A DNA stretch of 64,000 nt from assembly GCF_009914755.1 (NCBI RefSeq), contig NC_060928.1; one strand, given 5' to 3'. The stretch's first letter is position 1, and each line of letters begins with the position of its first letter. The notes below the pieces were generated by a model, which saw nothing but the letters and a program-made list of their open reading frames with translations, was not told the DNA's origin and ran no database searches. Source of the stretch: the human T2T-CHM13v2.0 reference genome, Homo sapiens. The position numbers were made by a program, and so were the translations under genes. Below are positions 10,925 to 25,135 of the stretch, piece by piece.

Positions 10925-13900
10925 GTTGGTTGGTGACCGCGTTTCTGCCCCCGGGCCGGGGCCGCGGGACGTGCTCGGTACGCCGCGGCCCGGGTGCTTG
11001 GAGGAGAGGACGGGCAGTGATGGATGCGATAAGTTATGGGGAAAGCAGGAAAAAATTAGCTCCCATCCACCATTTTGTACCTCCCAAGATCCACAGCAGG
11101 CCCTCTCAATATGGGGTTGGAGAGCTATTAGTTAGGTAAAACGAGGGAGGGGGGACGAGCCGGGCGTTTTGGCTGCAGGGAGATAAATGACTGCAAGCCC
11201 CGGCGCTGCAGCCTCCTCGAGCTTTGTGGAGGATCCTGCGCCCAGGGTTGCCTGCAGTGCCAGGCTTGCTGGCTGCTGCATTGTGGCCGGTTATCTGAGT
11301 GGGTATTTCCAGCAGCCCCCTGTTCTCCAAAAGGAACAGGTTCCATGAGCAGCTCTGGATGGGCTGAGTCAGGGGAGAGTCCTGCAGACATCCCAGGCTG
11401 GTCTGATTTGCACGCAGAGAACTGTGTTGGAGCTTACTGAACGCGTTCTGTGGGGGTAATGGTGTGGATGCGGATTGAATGCTCACATGATTCTGTGTGG
11501 ATTTAACATATGTTGCTTTGAATTAGGCTGTATGGAAAGAATGGAGGCTGTATCATGTGTTTGCATGTCAGACAGGAGGGACAAACAAAACGGTAAATGG
11601 AAAGGGAAGGCTTCAAAAAAGATTTCCGCTTAAAATGCAGTGCTGTGAAAAGCCTTCCTGAAGGAGCCAGTTCTTTTTTTGGAAATACAACGGAATGGCT
11701 TTGGTTTGATTTGGGAACCCAGGGATGAAATTCTTGAGGGAAATGCTGAAGGAGGAAAAGCCTGGAAACCTTCCGTTGCCTTCTCCTTACTTCTCCTTAA
11801 CCACTTGGATGTAATGATGTGTAAGGCATCGGTTCTTATTTATTTTTCATTCAGAGAAAAATTTAGATTTTCTTCTAAGCACACTGTAATGGAAGAACCG
11901 AGATTTTATTTTAAACCACATACTGTACCAAATCACTCTGAGCCCTGTCTTAACTGGGAAGATCATTTTAAGCTTGTGGTTGGTACTTACAGTCTAGCTT
12001 TACTCTTTTTCTCCTAAAACAGCAAGTCCTTTTTAACTGGGGTCAGCATCTCATGCTTCAAAAATGCCTTGCGACCGCATTTCCACGAACATAAAGCCGA
12101 AATAAAAGAACCATCTTTTTTATTGCAAAGTCAGGCGACATAAGGATGTTGTACTATTTTGGCAATAAGGCTCCCTTGATTTTCCCTTTCATGAAAAGCC
12201 AAATTCGTAAAGAAAGTGACAACTACAGTTTATACTTCAGTCATTTAAGTCGCTGCTGTGGTTGCTACACTCTTCAGACTTGTGGCAGTAAATTTTGAAA
12301 CACACCTAAATGCAAACCTAACCTCAAAACACATATGTACATAAACCCATGGCTGCACTAAGTGTTCAGATAATCCTGGGTTTCATGTACTTAGGGTTTG
12401 AATGTCTTCATTCCACACTTCACAGTTCCCCTTTCTTATGCCTCCTAAGGAACCGGTCCTGACACCAACTGTGAAGCTATAGGAGGGCTGGTGGCCATCA
12501 TTTCATCGACAAACCTGCAACACTCTGTTTCATGATTCAGGCACATTTCCAGGCAGCCAGTTTTTTTTTTTTTTTTTTTAATCTATCTTGGCATTACCTC
12601 ATTATCACATTTGCATTCTTTGCAAAAGAACTTGTCTGCTATTGCAGGTGCTGCGAGGCGTTTTTGAGGGCTTGAGGAAGAAGCTTTTAATTGTACTTGA
12701 TTCCCTTATTTTATTTCTTGATCTACAAATGGTAAGATGGTCCTATGGTGATAATGAAGGATAACCTGTTTCAGGTTGGCGGTTTTCTGTTCAGATTCAA
12801 TGTTAGGTTACTGCTGAGAAACCTGAAGACCAAAAGATGGAAGAAAAGTGCTGTCATTCATTCAGCATTTTTATGGCGTGCCCCCAAAGAGCGAAGTGCC
12901 TTGCTGGATTCTCATGGGGTTATAGGGTTGGATATAATACGGTTCTTGCCCAGGGAGGGAGGCTTATCATTTATTCTTTATTTTAACTGTTAGCTAATAC
13001 ATGGAATAAGAAGCAGGTGTTGCTGCTATGGAAGGAAATGGTAAACATGATGACAAACACCTACAATGAAGATTGGGAGAGTAGGTGGAGTCTTTCTCAT
13101 GTGCAACTCTTTTGGGGGTTGGGTTGGGAAGGATGTGTATCTTCATCTATTTCCTTTACAAATATGGCTCCTTTCAAAATGTGAGTATTGATAGAAATAG
13201 ATGATATACTGAAACACTTGGAAATGATTTATAAGACATTCTCATCCTTTTAGGAAATGTAAAGGAGATCCACTTTTATCAAGTTAGTGACTTTGGATAC
13301 AAACAGAGCCTTTGTCACATAAAATATTGAGTAGAAAATGAAACCACTTAGAAACACATGAGGCCTTTCATATTTCTTCTTTCTGTTTGTTCAGCCATTT
13401 GGTTTAATTACTACTGGTATCCTTATACTTGATTTTTAGTAAAAAAGGTTTTTGTTGTGGGGAAATTACTTGGGTTCAAAGGACAAGATAAGCCTTTCAG
13501 AGATGTACTAAATGACTTAAAATAACTTCAGTTAAGAGACTATTTTTAGACCCCCTCCCTCAACAAATATTCTGAAAATTATGGGAAACAGTCACTTAGT
13601 TTTAAACTTCAGGACATGAGAGAGCCTTGGGAATTTCAAGAAATAGATATTAATAATTTTCCTTTTGGTCTAGCATCCCGTACCACACAGTAGGTGCTTC
13701 AAGCAAAATTGTAGGCTTCTATAATAGCAAATGAGACAGCACCATTTCAAACAGTCTTTTCTCCACGAATAAGTAATTACCAGTGTGAAATGTGATTTAT
13801 AGCAATAGGCTTGACATTTAGCCTTGGCCTTTCCGATACCTTCAGGATAAACTACACTTAAGCTCAAGAGGTTAGAGCGGGCACCTATAAACTAGCGAGC

Positions 13901-14944
13901 TCTTGCAAAAGGACAGTTAGAGAATGCTGAAACTTTAAGTCTCGAAGACTATGCCTTATGTGACTGTTTAAGCTCCCAACTCATGCTACCAAATCTGAAG
14001 AAATCCTAAGAATTCATGAGCTTCCTAGCAACCAGTAAGTTCACAGGCCATGAGATGACTTCATTGTTCATCTTGAATATTAATTTCCCAGTGGTGGTTT
14101 CTGGGCAGAAAGGGGAAGATCTTGCCTTTTGTTCAAATCAAGATGAATAATAAAAAGTGCATGGCGTTATCTTAAGAAGAAAAGGGATTGGACCAAATGG
14201 ATGTGGGATCATTCTTGGGCATTTTCTAAAAGTAGAAGTTATGATATTAATGAACTAGAGATAAAAGTAAAACTCCCCACAAAGGAGCAAATCTGTATAA
14301 TGAACGCTTAGTACTTTATGTATGAAAACATGCTCATTTGTCTCTGTGAAATGATTTTCAAGGCCCCAAACCTTTTGTTGATGAAGTTGTGAGAGCTTTC
14401 TCTGTTAGAATTATGTGAACTGTAAGCTCTTCACACGAATGATGCTGCTAACTTTTAATTTCCTTCCCTCTCCCCTCCCCCAGCCCTGGGGATGGGCGCC
14501 TCTTTATATTCCATGTATAATGCCAGCAGAGTTTTGGGGGACATCCTTATTGATCAAGCATGGAAAGTAATTTTTTCATTATACAGGTTCTACAGCACAT
14601 GATCCTTAAAAGCTTTGTTTCTGCATGAGAAAGCGAAGTCCTGGCCCATTTGAGTTTGATGCTTATCATTTTGATAACATCTTTAAGGAGTAAAGCGTGC
14701 GTTTTTAATACTACGGTTTTAAAGCCTTTGAAAAGAAAGATAAAACAAAAGCCCTAAACTGACATTGCAAGAAATTTGAAAGCAGTTTTTTCTGCTGGGG
14801 AAGAATGGCCAGCTCATCACCTTGATTAGTTTATTAGTTTTCATTTTATAGAAACTAATTCTGGGGCACGTTTGACTGTGTGTTCCAGTTCCTTATGTTC
14901 TGTTATTTTAAGAGACATGAGGGTTTTCTGGGAGTGAAGGATGG

Positions 14945-15050
14945 ACACTGGAGGTTCCAATCTGGGCCTGCCACAAACCAGCTGTGTCCCTGGCGAGTAA
15001 TATGACCTCCCTCCATCTGTAATGAGTCCCCCACTTCCATGCTGCCATTA
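14945..15050 (+). mobile_element. MIR fragment
   Basis: ggttccaatctgggcctgccacaaaccagctgtgtccctggcgagt...ccatctgtaatg resembles the MIR core. Confidence 0.6.
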
Positions 15051-16029
15051 CAGAATTGGGCTGTGCAGTGGCTCTGTCTTGAGCAAGTGCAAGACTTCTG
15101 AACACTTACACATAAATTGTTAGACAAAACCTCTGCCCTCTTCTACTTTTTGGAGTCAGGTGCCTCCTGTTTGTGGGAATAGTGCTCATTTTGCGATACA
15201 ATCCTATTCCCTATCATCCTGAAATGTTACATTAAAGGTATGCGTTTTAGGACTCGCCCTGATGACCAGAGTAATGAGGGGGGAAGAAATAAATGAAGAC
15301 CTGGCAAGTTATAATCATATGCAAGTTTTAATAAAGAGCGTCCTGTCACGTCCCTTTCCCTCTTTGCCGAGATCCATTTTCAGCCTAGCCGCTCCAACTG
15401 TGTTTTAATTTGAAACTACCTATGTTGACTCCTTTCATCAGGCGAGTGGAAGTGAGGAATATTACACTTGGTGGTGAATGACTTTATTCTTTATTTCCCA
15501 GGAGAACATGAGTGGGCTTACAAAAGGTCACCTCTCTTGATATTTCAATATCTTTTACATTCTTTCTAATGTTTTTATTTGAAAAAAAGGAATATGAGTG
15601 TATTGTATAAAAACCTTAGCACTTCTGCACCTCCAGAGCAATTCTGGCCTGAAATTCCCTACACCCCGGAGAATTAGGACAATTCAGACAATGGTATACT
15701 CTTTGGTACACGGTTGCTTAGGCTGCATGCAGGTTATAACTAAAAGCAAAATCTGCTTGGACCCTTGCCAGTAGGTCCTATGCTAACTTTTGAATTTAGG
15801 ACATGTTTTTATAAATCAGTGATAGAGTGTGTGATGCCTAATCTATAAGGTATAAAGTAGAGGTTCTTCTAGTTTGTGAGAGTATAGATATAGTCTACTC
15901 CAAATTGACCTTATCCACAGTAACACAAGAAAGAAAGGACATGGGTAATTTTTTAAGTAGGGAGTACACTTTTCCTGAAGTAGGAAAAGGCTAGTCTTCT
16001 TTAACATCAGAAGGCGTGTGCAACCAGTC

Positions 16030-16775
16030 AGTCAGAAGATTCTATTTGTTCCTCCCACTTAAATATTTCTAAAACCTGTCTCTTCCTCTTCATCTCTGTT
16101 GCTGAACCCTTCTTCTGTTCTATTACACTATCTACCAAACAGACCTCTCTTCTGGTTCCATCTATCCTCCTTATGTCCCCAGAGGGCTTTGATGGTTTTG
16201 TTTTGGTTTTGTTATTTTAAAATCTCTCCTAAAGCAAAATCACTTGTGTTGCTTCCCTTCCCAGTGTTCCCATCCATCACGCCTGTGGATGAAATCATAG
16301 ACCAGGGCACATCACAGTATAACCTCCCTCACTTTTCCACCTCTTCTTCTCTTTCCCCCACTGTTCACCTCACCCTGTGCTCTGGGCTCTGGGAGCTCTT
16401 TACCTGCATCAGCGCCTGTCACCTTGTGTACCTGTTGTAGTTTATGTGACTTTGCCCAGAATGCGTTCTCCATCCTTACAGGTCTGATAGAATCCTCTTT
16501 AGCCTTCCAGAACCAGCTCCTATGCCCCCTTCTCTTGCATCGTCTCTCAGATCCTTTCCAGAGTGATTCGCTCCCACGACGTTTGTTTTGTACTTGTGTT
16601 ACAGCAACACGGTCACATTGTGCCACATCACGAGTTTACAACCCATGTGTGTCTCCGGTCTGGATGGTGAAATCCTCACTGATAGTACCTGCCTTATTCA
16701 CATCTCTATTTTGCCAGCAACCACAGAGCTTGGCATGTATCCGGCACACAGTAAATGTGTATGGGATGAGTGACT
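16030..16775 (+). mobile_element. L2 3' portion
   Basis: Pyrimidine-rich L2-like text ending ggcatgtatccggcacacagtaaatgtgtatgggatgagtga. Confidence 0.6.
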
Positions 16776-17455
16776 AAAACATGACTTCTTAGAAAGTTGA
16801 ATGAGGTCTCGAAGTCCTAATGTGAGTCACCTTTTTGTAACTGCAGAAATTATAAGTATGTATGCTAAGATCCTACTTTTGAAAAGATCTCCCATTGTGA
16901 TTGGTAGACAGGACCAACAAGCTATGAGTGGATGATTAGAAAGTACTAAATAATAGGATACAATCAAGAGTCAAGTTGGGGTGGTTGATGTGGTTGCTGC
17001 AAGTGAAACTGGAGTTCCGAGAACAGAAGGACGTTGCTTAGAAAAGGCTGCCTGGAGGGAGGACTTACTTGGGTCTTGAAGAAGTGGGTCGATTTGAAGA
17101 GATGGAGAAGGAGAAGGATTTGGGGAAGGTTGAGGAAGCGGTACAAACCAAGGCATGAAGCTGGAAATGAAAATGGGTGTGTGAAATTTGTCTTACTGTA
17201 ACTCTGGGATGTAACCAGAAATAATGTGTGGGATCTTGAAATTTGGGCGGATTCAGAGTTTATGGGGTAGGTAACACATTTGTGATTTGGGGAGAGAAAT
17301 GGTGGAAGCAGCCTTTTTAAAGAGGTGTCAGATCGTGGCTTGCAGGATAGATGCATGTTGTGAACGTCTAGAGGCTGGGAGACCAGAGGGGAGGTGTGTG
17401 GGGGTTGATGTGGTGATCAGGCAGTAAGACGACGGCCATAGAACAGTGTGTCCTG

Positions 17456-17803
<348 letters not shown>

Positions 17804-18215
17804 TTATTAGCACACCACCCTCAAGATTTTAAAAATATGTCCACATACCACCTAACCTATTTAATACTTCGCTTTAACTTGATCTACTTTTGTATTTAAG
17901 TGAATTAAAGAAACAATTTTGCATTTCCTATGAAATTATGGGTTTCTCTCGATAATTATATATTTTTTCTAATCCCTAGTAAAATGGACATTTAATTAGT
18001 TCAGTAAAAAATATTCAACTAGGTACTACCCAGAATGAACCCATGTACCTGAGTGGTACTCACACCATGTAGTGGAAAACCTGAGTAGGCCAAGGGAGGA
18101 GGGATGGGACAAGGTGGAAAGGGTTATGAAGAGGAAAGGGAGAATCTGGGAGAACAAAGGAACTGGCCGTTCTTTGTAAGTGGTTGGGTTTAAGAGGTGG
18201 AAGAAAATAAAGGTG

Positions 18216-18432
18216 AACATGGCGAAACCCCGTCTCTACAAAAGATACAAAAATTAGCCACACTTGATGGCATGTGCCTGTAGTCCCAGCTACTCGGGAG
18301 GCTGAGCGGAAGGATCACCTGAGCCTGGGGAGGTTGAGGCCTCAGCGAGCCGAGATTGTGCCACTGCACTCCAGCCTGGTTGACAGAAGGAGACCTTGTC
18401 TCAAAAATAAAAATAAAAATAAAAATTAAAAA
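18216..18432 (+). mobile_element. 5'-truncated AluJ-type SINE
   Basis: Begins at aacatggcgaaaccccgtctctac; right arm ggatcacctgagcctggggaggttgagg; (AAAAAT)n tail. Confidence 0.88.
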
Positions 18433-19453
18433 GCTGCAACTGATTTTGTTGTTGTTGGAAGAATGCAGTAAATGACCAGGAACCTGCAGAAAGTGAGCAG
18501 AGAATGAGTTCCATTTTGGGCTAATGGTTTGGTATTCCAACTACAGAGGGCTTTCAGGTGAACAATAAAGGTGTATAAGTTGCAGGTCATTTGTGCGGCA
18601 GTGTTCGTTGTGAACACGAGAATAGCTTGGCTTTCTGTGCTTTCTGTTCCCCTTCTTGGAGGGGAGCAGGTGACTGATTTTTATTTCCAGCAGAAGGAGG
18701 TTCAGTTGGATTCCATGAACTCAGAGCCCTCCTTGGGTTTCTGAAACCTGGAAACTCGAGGTTAGGATTGCTTGGAGATTGTCCGCTTTCCTGTTCCTGA
18801 AAGTAAAGTGCCCTTTAATTCTTGGATTTGTTTTATTAGTGTTCTCATCTATTCAGAAGCCATTGCATTGTTGATAGAAGGGATATGTTTTTGATGTCTA
18901 TAGTCAGGTCTGAAAACAGAGCTCTGCAAGTAGCCGCACAAAAGACTAGGCCAGCTATGTAAATAATGTATATTTCAAACATCTGTCATATACCTATCCC
19001 ATTGAAAAATTACGGCTTAGGTAACTCATACACACAGTCAAAGTCTCCATTTATCTTTCTACTTTAATCCGTGATGGCCCCTCCAGGCCAAGTTTTCTTT
19101 TTCTGAAGATAAAAGAGAGAGATTTGGCAGATGCCTGTGGGCAGTCGGGGTAGCAGGACTATTGCCTGGCCTTATCCGTCTGATGGCCGTAGTTTCAGAG
19201 GGAGGAGCCATCCTCTGCAATTAACATTGCCTTCTCACCCCTACAGATTCCTGTCTGGTTGGTTCCCCTAAGAGAGCTAATATGCCATTTACTGCTTTCG
19301 GCATATCCAACTTTTGCTTTGAAATTGTCTCGTTATTAGAGAAAACGAAGGCCGCCAGAGTGACTGAGGTGCATGGGGTATTTGTCTTTTTTTTTTTTCC
19401 TTTTTGGCTGCCCAGTATCTGAACCTCTTTTCGATGTCGGTGTCATTCCTCAT

Positions 19454-19908
19454 TGTTACGCGTCGAATGTGTCCGCCCAAAAGATAGGTTCAAGTCCTAA
19501 CCCCCGGTACCTGCGAATATGCCCTTATTTGAAAATCAGGTCATTGTGGCTGTAACCAAGTTAAGATGCAGCAGTACTGGAATAGGGTGAGCCCTAGATC
19601 CACATGACTGGTGTTCTTATAAGAAGAAGAAAAGAGACACAGACACAGGGGAGAATACCATGTGACGAGAGAGGCAGAGATGGGAGTGATGTGTTTACAA
19701 ACGAGGGAAGGCCCAGGACCGACAGCCACCACCGGAGGCCGGGAGAGAGGCCTGGGAGGGCTTCACCCTCAGGGTCCCGGAAGGAAACAATCCTACTGAC
19801 ACCTGGGGTTTCCACTTCTAGCATCAGAGCTGGGAGGGCACATATTTCTGTTGCTTTAACCCACCCACTGTGCGGTGCTAGTTCCAGCGGCCACAGGACA
19901 CTAGTCCG
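19454..19908 (+). mobile_element. MLT1-type (ERVL-MaLR) solo LTR
   Basis: gaatgtgtccgcccaaaagat, aagtcctaacccccggtacctg, atgactggtgttcttataagaaga, tttctgttgctttaacccaccc motifs. Confidence 0.85.
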
Positions 19909-20299
19909 CCACCTCTGAGCCTTGGTGGCAGGCAGCGCCCGCATTCTCTGTGAAGATGCTGAAATTGCTGTGTAGGTACTTTCCTGGCCTTCCTTACATG
20001 GAGGGCAGGGGCCAGAGACCTGGGTTCCACCCAGTGGATATTCCCTTCCTGACTTCTAATCTGGTGCTAGTAAGGTAAGATGATGGAGACTGTGAGACAG
20101 AGTCCCTGGACGTGGTGGTGTGGCATGATGGCGTTCCCGGGCCAGGGGTGGCAGCCGGCAGGTGGTGCCCCATGTGCCTTGCTAGTGGTGCCAGCTGTAG
20201 GTTTGTGCTTGGTGGTGGCTGTATGTTTCAAGCCTGGGTCTCCAGCCCTCCCTGGAATCCTTGAGTTGCTCAGTGTATTTTACTCTATCCTTTTGCCTG

Positions 20300-20535
20300 A
20301 GAGGCTGTGTAGCATAGTGATTTAGAGCAGAGATGCGGACCTCATGGCTTGGCTTCATAGTTCAATGTTACCATCACTAGCCAGGTAAACTTGGAGAAAT
20401 CACTTATTTTCTCAGGACCTCGGCTTCCTTACCTGCAACATGGGAATAATAATGGTACCTACCCCTTGGGCTTTGGGTGAATTAATATGTGTAAAGCTCT
20501 TAGAACCAAGCTTGGTACAATGGAAGCATTATATC
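20300..20535 (+). mobile_element. MIR SINE
   Basis: gtgtagcatagtgatttagagc...cctcggcttccttacctgcaacatgggaataataatggtacctacc...gtaaagctcttagaac. Confidence 0.8.
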
Positions 20536-20540
20536 CCTAT

Positions 20541-20601
20541 GACTGATTTTGTCATTAAAAGTAATGGCCAAAACTGCAATGACTTTTGCACCAACGTAAT
20601 A
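20541..20601. mobile_element. MADE1 (Hsmar1-derived MITE), left arm largely lost
   Basis: cattaaaagtaatggccaaaactgcaatgacttttgcaccaacgtaaTA matches the MADE1 centre and right inverted repeat. Confidence 0.8.
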
Positions 20602-21754
20602 TTAAAAGAGCCAGCATGGGTATAAAACTGTAGAATCCCATCAGACACATATATAGAATCACAACAGGATCTCGATCGTTGTCACTTCAAAGTATTGATA
20701 TAAAGAGTGACTTGCACAGAAGCTACACAAAAAAGTACAGTTGAGTTTTACTTTGCAACCGTGTCGTCTTCCTACGGTGACCTTTCCAGAACGCTTTTGT
20801 TTTCCCCTTTCCAATAACACCCTCTTCCCTCTACTTCCTATCTGCTTCCTCCTAGAGTTTAGAACTTAGTTCCTTGAGGAAACCTGATGGAGTGTGACCG
20901 AGCCGCTCCTTCTCTGTGCTCCGGCAGCACTTCTTGCGCACCTCTGAAATAACCGACACATCTGCCATTTTCTTGTCTGACCCTCTGTCTAGACTGGAAG
21001 CTCTTTCAGGCCGTGGCTCGGGTCTGACGTGGCTTTGTACTCCCAGTGTCTAGCGAGTGCCAGATGTGTAGCAGGTACACAGCAGTTTAAATGTATAGAT
21101 ACGGGGACACATGGTCTTGCTGGCATTCCCAGTGGCTTCAGTGGACTCTGTATTTCACATCTTTCTCTAACCATATGCGTGGTTGATGCCCCAGGGGTTG
21201 ATGGAAGGAAGCCACCAGGGTGATTGTGGTGAATCGGTAATCGTGACCCACTCACAGGGGCCCGAAGGAGCAAACTGAAGGAAACTGGGGTAGTTTAGCT
21301 GTAACCACCGGGTTGTAGAGATGTGAACTTTGGTTTTAGGATTTTTAAGAATTCCGGCATGGATCTTTGGTGAAATTATAAAACAGTGTCTTCTGAATTC
21401 ACCAAACGTCTAAGATAAAACTTCCATTTAGATTAGATGCTAGAGCTTGTGATTGGAATGTGCGTTCTGTTAACCTAGTGAACTCATTTGGATTTTCATT
21501 TCCATTGGTTTTCAAATAACTGAAAGAAGTATTTGGACATATTTTCCCCACACTTGCAAACTGGCTGTTTATAATGTAGACAAGGGGCAGATGTGGATAA
21601 CTTTTTAACAGTGCTTTTAAAAAGACTGCTTAGCCAGAGAGTGAACACGTCCCAGAGAGCAGAACAGTGAAGATGGCCATAGTGTCAAGTGGATTTTTCC
21701 TTATTTGTGAGAGTGGCTTCTGTCTATGTTCATCAAATGCCTTTATGTGGTAAG

Positions 21755-22000
21755 GCAGCGCTGTGATTTAGGGCTGTGAAATCAGACATTCATACATTGG
21801 TGCTGGCACCCACTTGCTGGCTGTGAAATCCTAACAATCTATGTTATCAGTCTATCCTCTGTTTTCTTATATTTAAGATGAGGATAAAATAGTATCTAAT
21901 TTATAGTTGTTAAACGTGGATTAAATGAGCAAATGCAATCAAAATAATTAGCATAGTGCCTGACACACAGTAAGAACCTAATACATCTTTGCTACTGTTA
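21755..22000 (+). mobile_element. MIR SINE
   Basis: cacttgctggctgtg...ctgttttcttatatttaagatgaggataaaatagtatct...ggattaaatgag...gcatagtgcctgacacacagtaag. Confidence 0.75.
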
Positions 22001-23459
22001 TTTCTTTTGGAACAGAACTATACAGGATTGACTGGTTTCTAAGTGTTTTACACCTGAGGATGCAGAAGAAGAGAGCCAGCGGGCAACTTGTCTAGTGCTG
22101 CATAGAGTTAAAAGCGGCTTTAAATGGGATTCTTCGCCTGATATTTGGTACTCATTTATCAGAAATCAAGTATTCCATTTCTTACTGATTTTGGTATGTG
22201 CTCTGCTAAGGAAATTCACAGAATTATTCATTTATCCAAGTGGGCTCATTTGTCCTTGAACTTCCAACTAAGGAAAAATGGTAGAGAATCACCGTGCAGT
22301 CAGTGTAGTCAGTGTTCCCGTGGAATATAACTCTAGGAGAACTTGGCTTTACTTAAAATCAGGGAAATTGTGCCCCATATAATCAGACATAGCTTACTCT
22401 GAGATACTTATTTTGACTTTTCAGTTGAAGGTAAAGGAGAAAACTCCGCTTCTGAGCTGCGAGTTCAGCTGCGTGTTTATGTGTTTGCATATGTGGTAAA
22501 AACCAATCTTGCAGAAGCACAGTTGAGAGGGGAAAGCTGTGAAGCGAAGGGACATCTTTCAAGGCCAGTTTTGAAAGTAAAGCCAGTAGGCTCTCTCCTG
22601 CCAACCAAGTGCATGTTCCTCCTTCGGTGAGTTTATAAAAGTAGTGATGGGCCCAGTGGAATCTCAGGTCAGCACGGCCTCTGGGTTGCTTAGGAAATAA
22701 AGGAGGGTGCTAGAATTGGAGGTCCACTCTTCACATGTGTTAATATTTCAGCTGCTACGAGCAGACGGTTTGGCAGCCAGGCCTGGGGCTCCGGGATGAC
22801 GGCCTGAGCTGGAGGAGCAGCGTGGGTTTTCCCTCCTGCACACACCTCCTGTGAACCTCTGCACCAGCCAGGATCTGGGAGCTCAAAGCTGCCCACCTTC
22901 GCTGCATCTACCCCCGAGTTTCCACGTTACTTATTCATTTGCAACATATCCTTTCCCTTCCTTCAAATCAAGGGAAAGATAACTAAAGAAAAACCAAAAC
23001 GGTACGAAGTAACTTGCTTTCTATGGTTATGCCCAACTAATTGAACTTGGAAAGCCTGTTCTACTTATGATTCCACAAGTATTGGCTTTCTTTAGTCAAA
23101 GCATAGCTTCTGGAGCATGCAGATCTTGTTTTTCCATATGGTGTACGCTGCTTGATGTGGGTGATTTAAACACATGGAGAGTTACACAGAATGTTTGTTT
23201 GGGATGCCAGAGGCGTAGTGAATAGTAGTGTACCATCCTGGCCTAAGGGCCAGAAGTGGAGGTTTCCATCGTGAGATGCAGCCATGTGCTTGCAAGGCTT
23301 CCTCTCCAGGGCAGCGCGGTGGAGTGTGCTTGGGCTGGGACTGGCCGTGGGCCAGCTAGAGGTGGGGTTTATGGTTCCGCAGTGGTGGAGTCAGGCCCCC
23401 CCGGGAGGTGTCTGTTAAGCTCGGCAGTGGCTCAGGCCTGGGATGTAAGCACAGTCTGA

Positions 23460-23931
<472 letters not shown>

Positions 23932-24065
23932 TAGTCCTCACAGCAATCCTGCAAGGGTGCCACTGATTAATATTTTAGCAACACAAATGTAAAAAAATTT
24001 CAGAAAACTGAGATTTCACATACTCATCGGTATACTTTTAATCATGTTCAGTGTTAGTAAAATAA

Positions 24066-24372
<307 letters not shown>

Positions 24373-25085
24373 TTCTTATTTTTAAGTAAAGTATTGAATA
24401 CTGTTTCATTCCCCCAGTGGTTCATCTTGCACTTCCTCTAAGTGGACCCCACTGTAGAAGCCTGTGCTGTAATGAGAGAGCAGATTTTAGGGCTCCTTGC
24501 ATATTCTAACAAGTCTAACCCTAAATATTTGGGTATGTTATTTAAAAATAATCTCTTCTTAGCCAGCTGAGGTTCTTCTGAGAATTATCTTGCCTTACCC
24601 AAAGAACAATAAAGCCTCCTAAGATCTGGTAAGGGGCAGGCTGGGGGATTTGCTGAGTGTTTCCCTGCTGCTATTTCTTCCTCTTCCTCTTTTTAGCACC
24701 TTAGAGTGGGTTTCAAATGCCATTGTAATGCCGTTGTGAGCTCCTTAGTCGTCTTAATTGGCTTAGTGTTATCATGAGCTGCCAATCATGTAGTGAACAT
24801 CCCTGATTCCTGGAGAAGATGAGATAGCTGGGACCAAACAACTCCTAGGTCTTAACGCATTTAGTGCAAAGGTACCTGACAACAAAATTTGAAACATCAA
24901 ATGAAAAGAAGTCTCAAACATAAACATAATTTCGTTCATTTGCAAATCATCTTCTTTTGCTTACTCATTTTCTCTTGTATTTTTCTTGACTTTTTTAGTT
25001 ATGAAAAATTGCTGAAGAAGCATTCGGTTTAGCACAGTCTAATTTCTGCCATCTGTTGTTGTAAGAGTTAGACCGAACATTATTC

Positions 25086-25135
25086 TGAGGATAGCAGGAG
25101 GCTAGGATCTATGAGGATAGCAGTAGGCTAGGATC
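25086..25135. repeat. 26-bp-period tandem duplication
   Basis: tgaggatagcagGaggctaggatc-ta-tgaggatagcagTaggctaggatc. Confidence 0.9.

Larger units (their letters stand above)
9100..11000 (+). promoter_or_regulatory. STOX2: CpG island promoter of STOX2, covering exon 1
   Basis: Abrupt switch to very GC- and CpG-rich sequence overlapping the first coding exon; GC boxes (gggcgg 9202, ggggcgg 10734). Confidence 0.92.

Noticed and set aside
10925-11139. C-terminal part of the 126-aa ORF 10759..11139
   Set aside because: Read-through past the exon-1 donor into the intron; similarity to STOX2 stops at GYMTSG.
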